The notes beneath the pieces were generated by a model that saw nothing but the letters and a program-made list of their open reading frames with translations, was not told where the DNA came from and made no database searches. A stretch of DNA of 64,000 nucleotides. Origin: Protoeuglena noctilucae (lineage: Eukaryota). This document shows, piece after piece, positions 50,746 through 61,344 of the stretch (position 1 is its first letter; the number at the start of each line of letters is the position of its first letter). Location: assembly GCA_958009085.1 (NCBI GenBank), contig OY253686.1:558001-622000 (forward strand). Reading direction: 5' to 3'. Both the position numbers and the translations under genes were made by a program.

Positions 50746-51143
50746 TGGAGTTGGGGGTGTGGTATATCAAGCCGGGCAGGGAGGGGCTCAGGTTCAAGGG
50801 GTGATAAGAGTTGGGGGGCTGGATTGCTACGTCAAGCGAGTTGAGGAGGGGTGATGTGTGTGCGGTGACTGGGGAGCGAGGGGTAGCGGTGGGTGTGGGG
50901 TTGGTATTAGGGGTGGATGTGGGGTACCGTGTTGTAACGAGCCAGGCTTTGGGTCTTTCTATAACTGGGTACCTGTGTGTTTCTCCTGCTTGCACTGTGT
51001 CGCGGGGACGAGTGCAACACACGTTTGCCATGCAGCGGCTGCCCTGCTGCACCTCGTCTCAACGAGTGCAGCCGGAACGCAGTACTAGTGCGATAGTCCG
51101 TGCTGCTCCAAAGCGTTCAAATATGATATGATCACGTCAAGGT

Positions 51144-52334
51144 TCAAATCATGTCGACGTCGACGCCGAGCCTCCACAGTCGCACCGTGCCGTCGTCCCC
51201 GCACGTCGCGAGCACGCCATCGCCGCCAGGACGCCACTGCACGCAATTCACGTCCCCGGGAGGGTGCGCTTCTGGCACGGTCGCTAGAACCTCATACCCA
51301 CCCCCGCCACTGTCCCCATCCCAGTCGCCATTGCGCCCAAACACCTTGACGCTGTTGTCCCGCGAGCACGCCGCGATGCGCCCCTTCTCGTCCATATCCA
51401 CGGCGTACACGGGGCCCCCGAAGTAGCCCTGCAAGGTAGCTGCATGGCGCCACACCCCCGCCCCGTCCGGCCGCCACACCTTCACATCCCCAGCCTCCGA
51501 ACACGTCGCCATCTCCGATCCGTCCGGACGAAAAGAAACCATCCATACCGTCGACGCGTGGCCCCCCGACGCCTGACTCAGCTCTTGCATGCGTTCCCAT
51601 CGGTCGGGCCCCGCCTCTCGCCAAAGGCTCGCGGTGTCGTCGTAGCTGCACGACGCGAGGATCTCTCCGCCCGGATGCCATTTCACGCATTTCACGTCCT
51701 GCGCGTGCGCGCCCTGCTTCACGTCGACGGCCTCATACTCCCCGCCCCCGGCGTCCTCCCAAACCCACACTGCGCGCGGAGACGCTGCGGCATGCTCGTA
51801 GTCGGTCACCGCGCGATTTAATATATGTATTCGCATCGTTACGCGCCGCTCGCCTGACTTGTCGCGGCTGCAGGTGGCCACCAGGTCGTTGCGCGGGTTG
51901 CACGCCACGCCCTTGACCTCGTTCTCGTGGCCCTCGAGCAGCCCGACCTGTTCCCACACGTCCCCGGACTGCTCCCAGACCGCCACCGTCGCATCGAAGC
52001 TCCCGGACAGCAGCCGCCGCCCGTCGCGCGTCCAGCTCACCGCCCGGACCGTCCGCGCGTGGCACTTCTCCAGCACCGCCGCGCAAGCCCACCGCCCGAA
52101 CTGCGCGTTGAAGCTCCACACGCGCACGGTTTTGTCCGCGCCGCAACTCGCCAGCTGCGACCCGTCCGGCGACCACGCCACCGCCCACACTGCAAAGAGG
52201 GTCGACGCGGGTCGATGCGCGCTGGGAGCCGTTCGCTTTGACACGCATCGCGCCGGCGATGAAAGCATCTCCGACGCACCGCAGCCCTCGTGGCCCTCCA
52301 GCGCCTGCACGAGCTCCAGCCCGCCCGCCGGCAT
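51144..52334 (-). CDS. CIAO1: Cytosolic iron-sulfur assembly WD40 protein CIA1/CIAO1, 3 exons
   Basis: LEGHEGC|VWAVAWSP, LASCGADKTVRVW, HARTVRAVSW, SFDATVAVW, LEGHENEVK, ATCSRDKS|VWVWE, HAQDVKCVKWHP, LASCSYDD, GHASTVW, AH..DVNCVQW. Confidence 0.95.
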   Translation of the reverse strand: MPAGGLELVQALEGHEGCGASEMLSSPARCVSKRTAPSAHRPASTLFAVWAVAWSPDGSQLASCGADKTVRVWSFNAQFGRWACAAVLEKCHARTVRAVSWTRDGRRLLSGSFDATVAVWEQSGDVWEQVGLLEGHENEVKGVACNPRNDLVATCSRDKSGERRVTMRIHILNRAVTDYEHAAASPRAVWVWEDAGGGEYEAVDVKQGAHAQDVKCVKWHPGGEILASCSYDDTASLWREAGPDRWERMQELSQASGGHASTVWMVSFRPDGSEMATCSEAGDVKVWRPDGAGVWRHAATLQGYFGGPVYAVDMDEKGRIAACSRDNSVKVFGRNGDWDGDSGGGGYEVLATVPEAHPPGDVNCVQWRPGGDGVLATCGDDGTVRLWRLGVDVDMI

Positions 52335-52822
52335 GTGCGCTCCCCGGCGCTGCCCCGAGGAGTCTCTCGGCGGAAACACCAATCTCCACCGCCAGTCGCG
52401 ATGGCATAGGGTGGTTTCACATGCCCGCGTTGGCGAGCATGTCTTCCCTATAGCGATGCACTCGTGTCTGACCACCGGCACTCTGCCACTGGCGATCCCA
52501 GACGTGGCCTTGAGGGCCCGCGCGCTGTCACCGCACTCGGACAGTCACGTGGTAGTCGTCACAGCCGGCATCGAGGAGATCGCCTCTTCGCACGACCGCA
52601 CCGGGTGAGCGTGCCTTGGCTCCCGCATTTCAGCCGCGCGCGCGCCTTTCGTTCGTCGATACAGAGTCCCTCGTTTGCGTCGGAGTTATTTGTGGCCGGT
52701 GCGGTACTTGGAACTCCCCGAGATCCCCTCCACGCGCGCGCTGCGGGCTCGTCGTCTCAACGGCCCTCGTCGCAGCGCAGGCGGCCATCCCCGCGCGCGC
52801 TCCCGGCATCCTCGCGGCGGTC

Positions 52823-53586
52823 GGCACGCTTGTGATTGCTTGTTCCCGCGCGCAACGTGCTCGCGGCCGCGAGAGGCTCGCGCGGCTCGCTGGTGTGCCG
52901 GGACCGGTCGAGACCCTGAACGGCTGGCCGCGCGCCCATCGTACGGCGGAATGCCCGTCGCCATTGGCTGCCGCGTCGTTTCTGTCATTCAAGGCCCGTC
53001 GACGGTCCTTTAGCCGATAGAGTCCGGGCGCGTCGGCCCGGGGACCCCCTTTTCCCCCACCCGCTGTGACCGTGCGTCCCCGCCGCGTTTCTTTTCCAAT
53101 TCGAGCCTCGTACGCTCTTTCGCTGTACGTGCCCTCGTGGCGGGGGCGCAGAGTCCCGGAGGCGCAGAGCCCGATCCCTTTCCCTCCCCTCGCGCAGGGC
53201 AGGCACGCTTGTGATTGCTTGTTCCCGCGCGCAACGTGCTCGCGGCCGCGAGAGGCTCGCGCGGCTCGCTGGTGTGCCGGGACCGGTCGAGACCCTGAAC
53301 GGCTGGCCGCGCGCCCATCGTACGGCGGAATGCCCGTCGCCATTGGCTGCCGCGTCGTTTCTGTCATTCAAGGCCCGTCGACGGTCCTTTAGCCGATAGA
53401 GTCCGGGCGCGTCGGCCCGGGGACCCCCTTTTCCCCCACCCGCTGTGACCGTGCGTCCCCGCCGCGTTTCTTTTCCAATTCGAGCCTCGTACGCTCTTTC
53501 GCTGTACGTGCCCTCGTGGCGGGGGCGCAGAGTCCCGGAGGCGCAGAGCCCGATCCCTTTCCCTCCCCTCGCGCAGGGCAGGCACG
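52823..53586. repeat. 379-bp direct tandem duplication (2 copies) in the CIAO1/invertase divergent intergenic region
   Basis: 52823-53201 repeats at 53202-53580 and looks identical by eye. GGCACG occurs at 52823, 53202 and 53581. Confidence 0.93.
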
Positions 53587-53687
53587 GAGGACCCGCCCAG
53601 GGGCACGCCGGGCGGACCCTGCGCCCTCGCGCCGGACCCGCCGTATTCTTAGCATTGATCGCGTCGCCGGGAGCTGGAGCTTCGGCC

Positions 53688-56600
53688 ATGGACGACGGCG
53701 CGGTCGTGGAGGCGCCTGCTGCGCCCTTTGGCCCAGGTGCGGCAGGCCCCGCGCGCCCTCGCGCGCAGCCCCGCCCTCGCGCACGCGGCTTGGTCATAGC
53801 TACAACCTGAAACGTCCCGTTGCGATCCTCTCTGGCCTGCAGGGACCGAGGCGGACGCCGTGATCGCGACCCAAGTCCTGCAGGACCAATTCGCGGGCTT
53901 CTCGATTAAACAGAAGGAGCACGAGCCCGACATCTCCGACTCGGACCGACCCATATTCCACGTCCACGTGAGTGCCATCGCCGGGAGACTCTCAGCAAGC
54001 ACCGCACAGCCCCACAAGCGTGGCCCGGAGATGCGCTGCTGGTGCCCGGCCCCACATCGCCCACCTTGCTCCGCCCCGCTTGCTCACCCCGCAGGCCAAG
54101 AAGGGCTGGATCAACGACCCGAACGGCCCCTTGTATTTCAACGGCCAGTACCACATCTTCTACCAGCACGTGCCTCACACCGCCAAATGGGACTTCGGCA
54201 TCGTGTGGGGTCACGCCGTGTCGAATGACCTCGTGCACTGGCGCCACCTCCCCGCGGCCATCGCCCCGACGGCGGGGTGGCTCGACCAAGACGGCTGCTT
54301 CTCGGGTGCGTGTGTGGGGGTTGTGCATTAAGAGAGAGTTATGGTGGGCGCATGTCGTGTTGCGGGGCTCGTCAGGCAGTCGGAGTGCAACACGACCCCT
54401 CCCCCATCTAGCATCACCATCCATCCACCCCATTCCCTCCACCCCTGCCCCCCCAGGCTGCGCGGTGGAGTACGAGGGTGAACCGCTGCTGCTCTACACG
54501 GGCGTGCAGCTGAAGACGCGGCTGGGCGGACATTTCGTCCACGGCAACGAGGGCGTACCCAACCAGCCCTTTATCGAGTATCAGTGTGCGGCACGGCCCA
54601 AGTGCCGGGGGACCAGCAGGGACCTGCCAGAATGGGACAAGTCGCAAGAGCCGTTCCTGCCCGCGCCCCCCGCGGACCTGCCCATCGTGGGGTGGAGGGA
54701 CCCGTTCATCGTCAAGAGGGGTGAGCTGAAGGATACGGGGTGGATGGTTACAGATGGCAGGGCGCAGTTGATTGGCAGTTGATCCAAGCAAAGCAAACGC
54801 TCGCTTTGTTGCTTCACCACCAATGCCGTCTTTGTCAGCAATGCCCCTCCCATCGCCTTGCCCCCAGGCGAGGGCGAGGAGCCCTGGGTGATGGTGCTGG
54901 GGTCGGGCCTGCAGGGCCAGGGTGGCACGGTGATGGTCTACCACAGCCGGCACCCCTTAGGGCCGTGGAAGTACGAGGGGCTGCTGTGCCTGGGGAGCCT
55001 GGAGCACGGGGCCATGTGGGAGTGCCCGCTGCTGCTGGAGCTCAAGCCACATCCCAGGTGAGACGAGAGAGGGCGATGATGTGAGGACTTATCGTCGCAC
55101 ATTTAATGGTGGGTGAAGCGGACGGCGGGTGATGGTGGGTGACTGGGACGTGCTCATAGCATAGCTGAGGTGAGGGTGGGCATCTGCAGCGCAACCGCGA
55201 AGCGTTTGTAGTGTTTGTAGTATCTGTAGCACGTTCAATTGTGACACTACCCACGACCCTTTCCCCACAGGAGCGTGGCCGGCAAGTACGCCAGGGCCCG
55301 CACCCTGGGCCCCCGCACCCCCACCACCGGCCGCGTCATCGTCGCCCCCGGTTCTTTCGGCCTCGCCAGCGCCTCGCAGAGCTCCCTCGCGCCCACGGCG
55401 TCGGGAGGCGGGCTCGCAGTCAGCGGTGGCGGCGGTGGCGGTGGGGGGGGCTTGGCAGGCAGGGGCTCTATGACGGACCTGTCGGGCCTGGGCCGAGCGT
55501 TTATGGGGCACCCCTCGATTGTGGTCCCTTCTGATCCGGAGGACTCCGCGGCGCCTAGCGAGTCCGAGAGCGAAGATGCGGGGCGCGGGGGTCGTGGGGG
55601 CGGCATGGGCATCCCCGGCGGGGCGGGGCGGGGTGGGGCGATGCGACGGTCGGCGTCGGTGGCGTCGAGGGGGGATAGCATGTCGGTGCGGGGGGAGGGC
55701 GACGCGATCGGGTTTACGTACTCATCTTCCCGGGTGTCGCTGGCGAACCTGGCGGGGATGGCGCGGCAGCTGGCGAGGGGCGGGGCGGCCGAGGGTGGCG
55801 GGGCGGTGGGGGCGGGGGCGGGGACGCCGGCGGCTGCGATGCGCCGCGTGTCGTCGTTTAAGTACTCTGGGGCGAGCGGGGTGGACATCGCTGCGACGCC
55901 CAGGAGGGACAGCGACCGGTGAGGGGGGCGACGGGGTGGTGGTTGAGTGTGGGGGTGGGAGTGGGAGAGAGCGCATGGTGACAAGGGGGGTGGCTGAATG
56001 TGCACTGGACAGCGTTGTATGGTGACATGGCATCCATCGTCACTCTCACACTATTCCCTTTGCCAATACACCCTCACCCTCAGTGCCACCCTCACTGCTA
56101 CCCCCACCTCCACCCCTACCCATACCATCCCCACCCCCCGCATCCCCCCCAGTGGCACCCGCGTGAGTGAGGACCAGCCCGACCGCCCCGTCCACCTCCT
56201 CTGCGTCTCTCCGGACGCCCCCACCAACCCCGTCCTGTACTTCCTGGGTCCTTACATCGACGGTCGCTTTCTGCTGGAAGAGGCCACCGGCCCTCACCGG
56301 CTGGATCTGGGGGATACCCTCTACGCCCCCAACACCTTCGTGGACGCCAAGGGGCGGCAGGTGTTGTGGGGGTGGCTGCAGGAGAAGAGAGATGGGACGG
56401 GTGAGGGGGGGAGTGGGTGGGGAGTGGGGTGGGGCATGGGATGAGTGATGAGGTATGGGTGGGAAGTGGCAGTGATGCATATCATGAACTCCTGACAAAC
56501 GCACTCACTTTGCTACAAATACCACTGCACGACTGCACGGCACACTCACGGCTTCCCCATCACCTCACCAACTCCCCATGCCCCCTACCTTCCCCCCCCT

Positions 56601-57823
56601 TCAGAGGTGGGCTACGCGGGGTGCCTCTCCGTGCCTCGTGTCGTGACGGTGCTGGACGGCAGACTTCACCAGGAGCCACTGCCAGAACTGAAGCGGCTGA
56701 GGAGGGGGCAGGGGTGGTACGCGTCGTGGGTGGACGTCAGCCCGGAGCAGCCCGTGGTGAGTTGTAAGGGTGGGCGGATGTGATCAGAGATAGTGAATGC
56801 GCGTGATGAGGGATGGGGGTGGTTGATGCGTGTCGTTCAGTGCACCCCAGCACAACTGTCTTCCCCTGCCACGTCCCTCCCCATCGAGCGCGACTCTGTA
56901 TTGCTAGCATCCCGTCCAGCATCGCCTCTACAACCACGTCACTTCCTTTCCCTACCCTCCACCGCAGCCCGTGGAGCGTGTCTCCGGCCGTGCCTTAGAC
57001 ATCGAAGTCATCATCGACCGGGGCCAGGCGTCCGCGGCGGGGCTGCTGTTCAACTCTTTCAGGCGAGCACGCGTGGGACAATGTCACCGAGGCACCATGC
57101 AACGCTGTGCAGTGGCACGGCAGCACGGCATCCGTGGGTCATATCGAGTGGGTCATACCGAGGGTTATACCGAGCAACCGTCATGGTCACGCATCGCATC
57201 CTTTGACCACGCCCATTGCACGTCTTTCATCCGCCACCGCTTCCCTCCTGTCCTTCGTGTCCCTCCCATCCCATCCCCGCTGCCCTGGTCTCCCCGCTCG
57301 CAGTGACGACTGCGGCAGTGCCGTGGTGGTCTACGATTGGGACCGAGCGATGCTGGAAGTCATATTCGAGGTGCCGCCGAGAGATGCCGAGGCACCGGGG
57401 CAGATCGCCAAGAGGGTGGGGGGACCGGTGGAAGGTGAGAGACGCTGCATTGGGCGGTGAGCATGTGGGCCGGTGGAAGGTGAGAGGTGCTCCTGGGGTG
57501 GTTGTTGACTGGCTGTCGAGCACTGGGGCAGATAGCGACCAAAGGTTGTGGTTCGCTCAACCCTGCGCCCCACCCACCCACTCATCGCCCCCACCCCTCC
57601 AGTGGGAGAGGACGAGCCAGTCAAGCTGCGCGTGCTGATCGACCACTCCTGCGTGGAGATCTACGAGAGCGCGGGACACGTGCTCTCCACGCGCATCTAC
57701 CGGGGCCGCCAGGGGCCCCTGGAGCCAGGAGCGGCCTTGGGCATCGAGTTCGTGGCCTACGGCGGCACGGCGCATCTCGTGCGCGTCGAGGCGTGGGAGA
57801 TGGGCACGTCGTGGGAGAACTGA
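53688..57823 (+). CDS. Glycoside hydrolase family 32 beta-fructofuranosidase (invertase), about 11 exons, no signal peptide
   Basis: [63 protein letters not shown]...[34 protein letters not shown]. Confidence 0.93.
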
Positions 57824-58333
57824 GGGGCTTTTGGGAGATGGGAGATACGCACATGGGCAGGGAACCCGCCCGCCCAGCACAGCCCGCGCCGGGCTGCGTC
57901 CCACGTTGAAACGCGAACTCAATGTGTGTTTTCAATGACAGCAGTGACGTGTTGAAAACTTTTGGGAGGTAAAAATCAAGCGTGTTGATCGCGCTGGCTG
58001 TGGCACTGCCGGATGGTCCTCCCCCACGCCGCGCGTGTGATCGACCGTGTACTGGCACCCACCGCATCGTACAGACTAGGTGGTGCGTAGCTGAGCTTCC
58101 GGCCGTGTGCGCACAATCCGGACGAGGCCCTGAAAGCACGAGCTAACAACGAGTTACAATCGAGGCCTCGCAGCGTGCAAGGCCTTGACAAGCAGCGCAA
58201 CGACACGTGAGTATCAATCGTGTTTGCGTGGCAGTCGACGGTGGCCAGAGGACCTCGATCGCCGCGCCTGCGCTCACTGGATGGGCAGCGGACGCGCTGG
58301 CCGTTTCCGCCCGTGCCCGCAGGCGAGGCGGCA

Positions 58334-60029
58334 ATGTCGGAAGCTATGAGTCTGGTGACGATGTCAGAGACCCAGCGGATGGCTCCACGCATCGGTGAGG
58401 CGAGCGACGAGGGCGGGCTGAGTGACCGCACGCAGGGTGCACGCCCGCGTCGTCGCAACGCGCATGTGTTGCTCGTTCTCGCAGGGTGGGGCGACCTGCC
58501 CGGGGAGCTGCATCGCGAGATCCTGCGGCTAGTGCCCCTGCGCGACGCGACGGCGGCGCGGGGGTTGTCGCAGGAGATGCGCGACGAGGTGGACGAAGTG
58601 TGGAGGGCGTGGGGCATCCGAGCGTCCGCGGCGGACTTGCGGACGAAGATCCGGTCGGACTTCATCGAGGATACGAAGAGCAACACCTGTAGCCCTCGAC
58701 CTGAGGTCGACGGAGGCCCGCTTGCGGTGTACGCGTCCGGCGGGTCCCACGCGCACCACCTGGCGAGCATGGGGCTCGGGTGGCTGGCGCTGGTGGTGGT
58801 GCGGGAGGCGGGGGAAGCTGACCAGCTCGTGGGGCTGGTCGGATCCCGCGCAGTCCCCGCTAACATTGCTGGGGCGGGCGCGGAGGCCGGTGGGGCGCGG
58901 GGCGGACAGCAAGGTGGCGTGGGCGTACGCGCTGGGGGACGAGGAGTTGGCGCGGCTGGTGCGGGTGGCGGCGGGGATGGGGGCTGACGTGAGCCGTCAG
59001 CTGGGCGAGGCGTGGTCTCCGTTGTCGATCTGCGCGGCGCGGGGGTTCCTGGCCGCTGTCAAGACATGCCTGGCGGTGGGGGCGGGTGTGGAATTGCGTC
59101 GGGCCAGGGGGTGGCGAGCGCTCATGTCCGCCGCGCACGGGGGTTACGAGGCGGTGGTGGAGGCGCTGCTGGAGGCGGGGCCGTCGGCCCAGGCTCCCCG
59201 TCTGCTGGCTACAGCATGCAGGGGAATTACGACCCCGGGCATCGTGAGGCGGCTGGTGAAGGCGCGGGCGAACGTCAATGACCGTCACGAGTCTGGGACG
59301 GCGCTGTATCACGCCACGCTCCGCAACAACCTTGCCGTGATGGAGGCCCTGGTGGATCTGGGGGCCGACGTGGTGGGTGCGGGCAAGGGGGGGTCGACGC
59401 CGCTGCACGTGGCGGCGGATGGGGAGGCGGTGCGATGGCTGGTAGCGCGCGGGGCGAGCATCCAGGGCAACGGGGTTGATGAGTCCCCTCTGCTCCGTGC
59501 CTGCCGTGAGGGGCGCATCGACGCCGTCCGCGCTCTGGTGGAGCTGGGTGCGGACCCCCGTGACAGGGACTGGTTCAGTTGCACGCCTCTCCACAAGGCG
59601 GTGTGCCTGGCGGATGAGCGGGTGGCTGTGGAGCTGACGCGGCTGCTGCTGGCGGCAGGGGCCGACCCCAATGCCGTGGATGCGGAGGGCCGCACGCCCC
59701 TGCACTGCGTGCAGCACGGTGCATGCGCGGACCTGCTGCTGGACGCCGGGGCAGACGCAGAGGAGCGGGACAGGGACGGCAAGACTGCCATCTGCGCTGC
59801 TGCGACGGAGGATCGGCGGGAGGCGGCGCTGCAGTTGGCCAGCCGGGGCGCAGAGCACGCCGACAGTGACGCGCTGCTGTGGGTCGTGGACAGCGTCGTG
59901 CAATCTCTGCGGGCCAACGGCAGCGGGCAGCCGGCTGGGAGCTGTCTGGGGCGGACGGCAAAGGCCATGGCGAGGTTTAAGGCTCTCAGGAAACGGCGTG
60001 CCAGGGAACAACACGGTGCCAATCGCTGA
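58334..60029 (+). CDS. F-box-like domain plus ankyrin-repeat protein. Frame discontinuity near 58730-58850 (cryptic intron or frameshift).
   Basis: WGDLPGELHREILRLVPLRDA is F-box-like and follows an intron at about 58396-58484. Ankyrin repeats GTALYHA, STPLHVAA, SPLLRAC, TPLHKAV and RTPLHCV lie in a different frame (58722-60029). Confidence 0.7.
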
Positions 60030-60259
60030 CGCGGCAGGGCATACCTGGGGCGCCTAGCTCGCATCGCAGACGTCCTTGCGAGCCGCGCGGCTGCACCTGT
60101 GTTCGTGTCAAGCCCCCATGCTTTGCAGTGGCTGTGCCACTACGCGCTTGTTGAACGACAGCTGTAACGTTACAGTGTCTGTGTTTCCTGCCTGTGTCCG
60201 TCATCCACACGGCATAGGCTCGGCCACAGGGCTAGACCGATGCATGCCTAGTGGTAGTG

Positions 60260-60678
60260 TGGTCCGCCAAACGCCCCTGCACTGTGCTCGGAACGCTGCT
60301 TGCATGGAACAGCTGTTGGTGGCGGGGGCGGATGCCCGGGTTGTTGATGCGGAAGGCTGCACGCCCCTGCACGGTGTTCTCGATGTTGCTTGCGTGGACA
60401 TGCTGCTGGATGCTGGGACGGATCTGGAGGCGCGGGACACGGAAGACATGACTGCTATCTGCGTCGCAGCCTGTGATTTGCTTGGTATACCAGAGGCGGT
60501 GCTGCGGCTGGCCGACCGCGGTGTGGACCTATTCGACACGGGCGGGGAGCCGGGGTTGGTGGAGCGGCGGGTAGAGAGGCTGCGGGCGCTCCGTGCCAGC
60601 GGGCAACGGGAGCCGGACGTCTTCGACCGCATGGTTGCGCTTCTTGACGACGAAAGCAACAGCAGCGAGGGAGACTAA
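60260..60678 (+). pseudogene. Diverged ankyrin-repeat fragment paralogous to the C-terminus of the upstream gene
   Basis: QTPLHCARNAACMEQLLVAGAD...DAEGCTPLHGVLDVACVDMLLDAGTDLEARDTEDMTAICVAA parallels DAEGRTPLHCVQHGACADLLLDAGADAEERDRDGKTAICAAA upstream. No N-terminal part is present. Confidence 0.6.
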
Positions 60679-61344
60679 CATGCACGCCAGGTGCCAGGTG
60701 CAGGTGACTGAGCGCGCTGGTGCATGCGCAGTCCGCGGCGTCACGATGCAGCGCGCAGCTGGGTGCGGGAGGTGCCGGCGGCAAGGCATCGGCTAAGACG
60801 TCGGTGTCTGCATGACGCTTGCGTGTGGCTTAGCAGCTTTAAGCGCATTGGCGCCCAGTCCAGCTCCTGGCTTTTACACCTCTGCCTTATCCTCAAGCCT
60901 TCATGGCCTGACCCGCTCCCAGGGCACGCCACAGCTCTGCCGGTGCAGGCGTGCCCTCACCTGCCAGGGCACAACCGGGGTCTGCAGAGCCCCTGCAGCG
61001 GGCGTGGCGGCGCGAGGTTGGGGCCTCGCCGCAGCAAGCGACACGGGCGTCCCAGCAGCGCCGCGAGCGCTTGCATGCATGTACATGTGCGCTGGATGGG
61101 CAGTGTGAGCCGCGGGCAACTCGACTTCTCTGCAAAGCACAGCTATGCGCAATATGGAAGCCAGGTTATGAGAGCAGCACCTGTATGCTGTACCGCTTCT
61201 GTCGCTGTGCGTCTCGTTCCTGCTCAGCCATTGCAATCGCTCGCTTCAATAACACGCCTTCTGCCGCTGTCGCATGCGCTCTCGCGCACGCCTCTGGTCG
61301 GGCGGCTCGTTTCAAGCAAAGGCCAGTCTCCTGGTTGCTGGCGC

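Noticed and set aside
58860..60064. Long antisense ORFs (384 aa, 251 aa) and many other overlapping ORFs in the track
   Set aside because: Shadow frames of GC-rich coding sequence with few stop codons.
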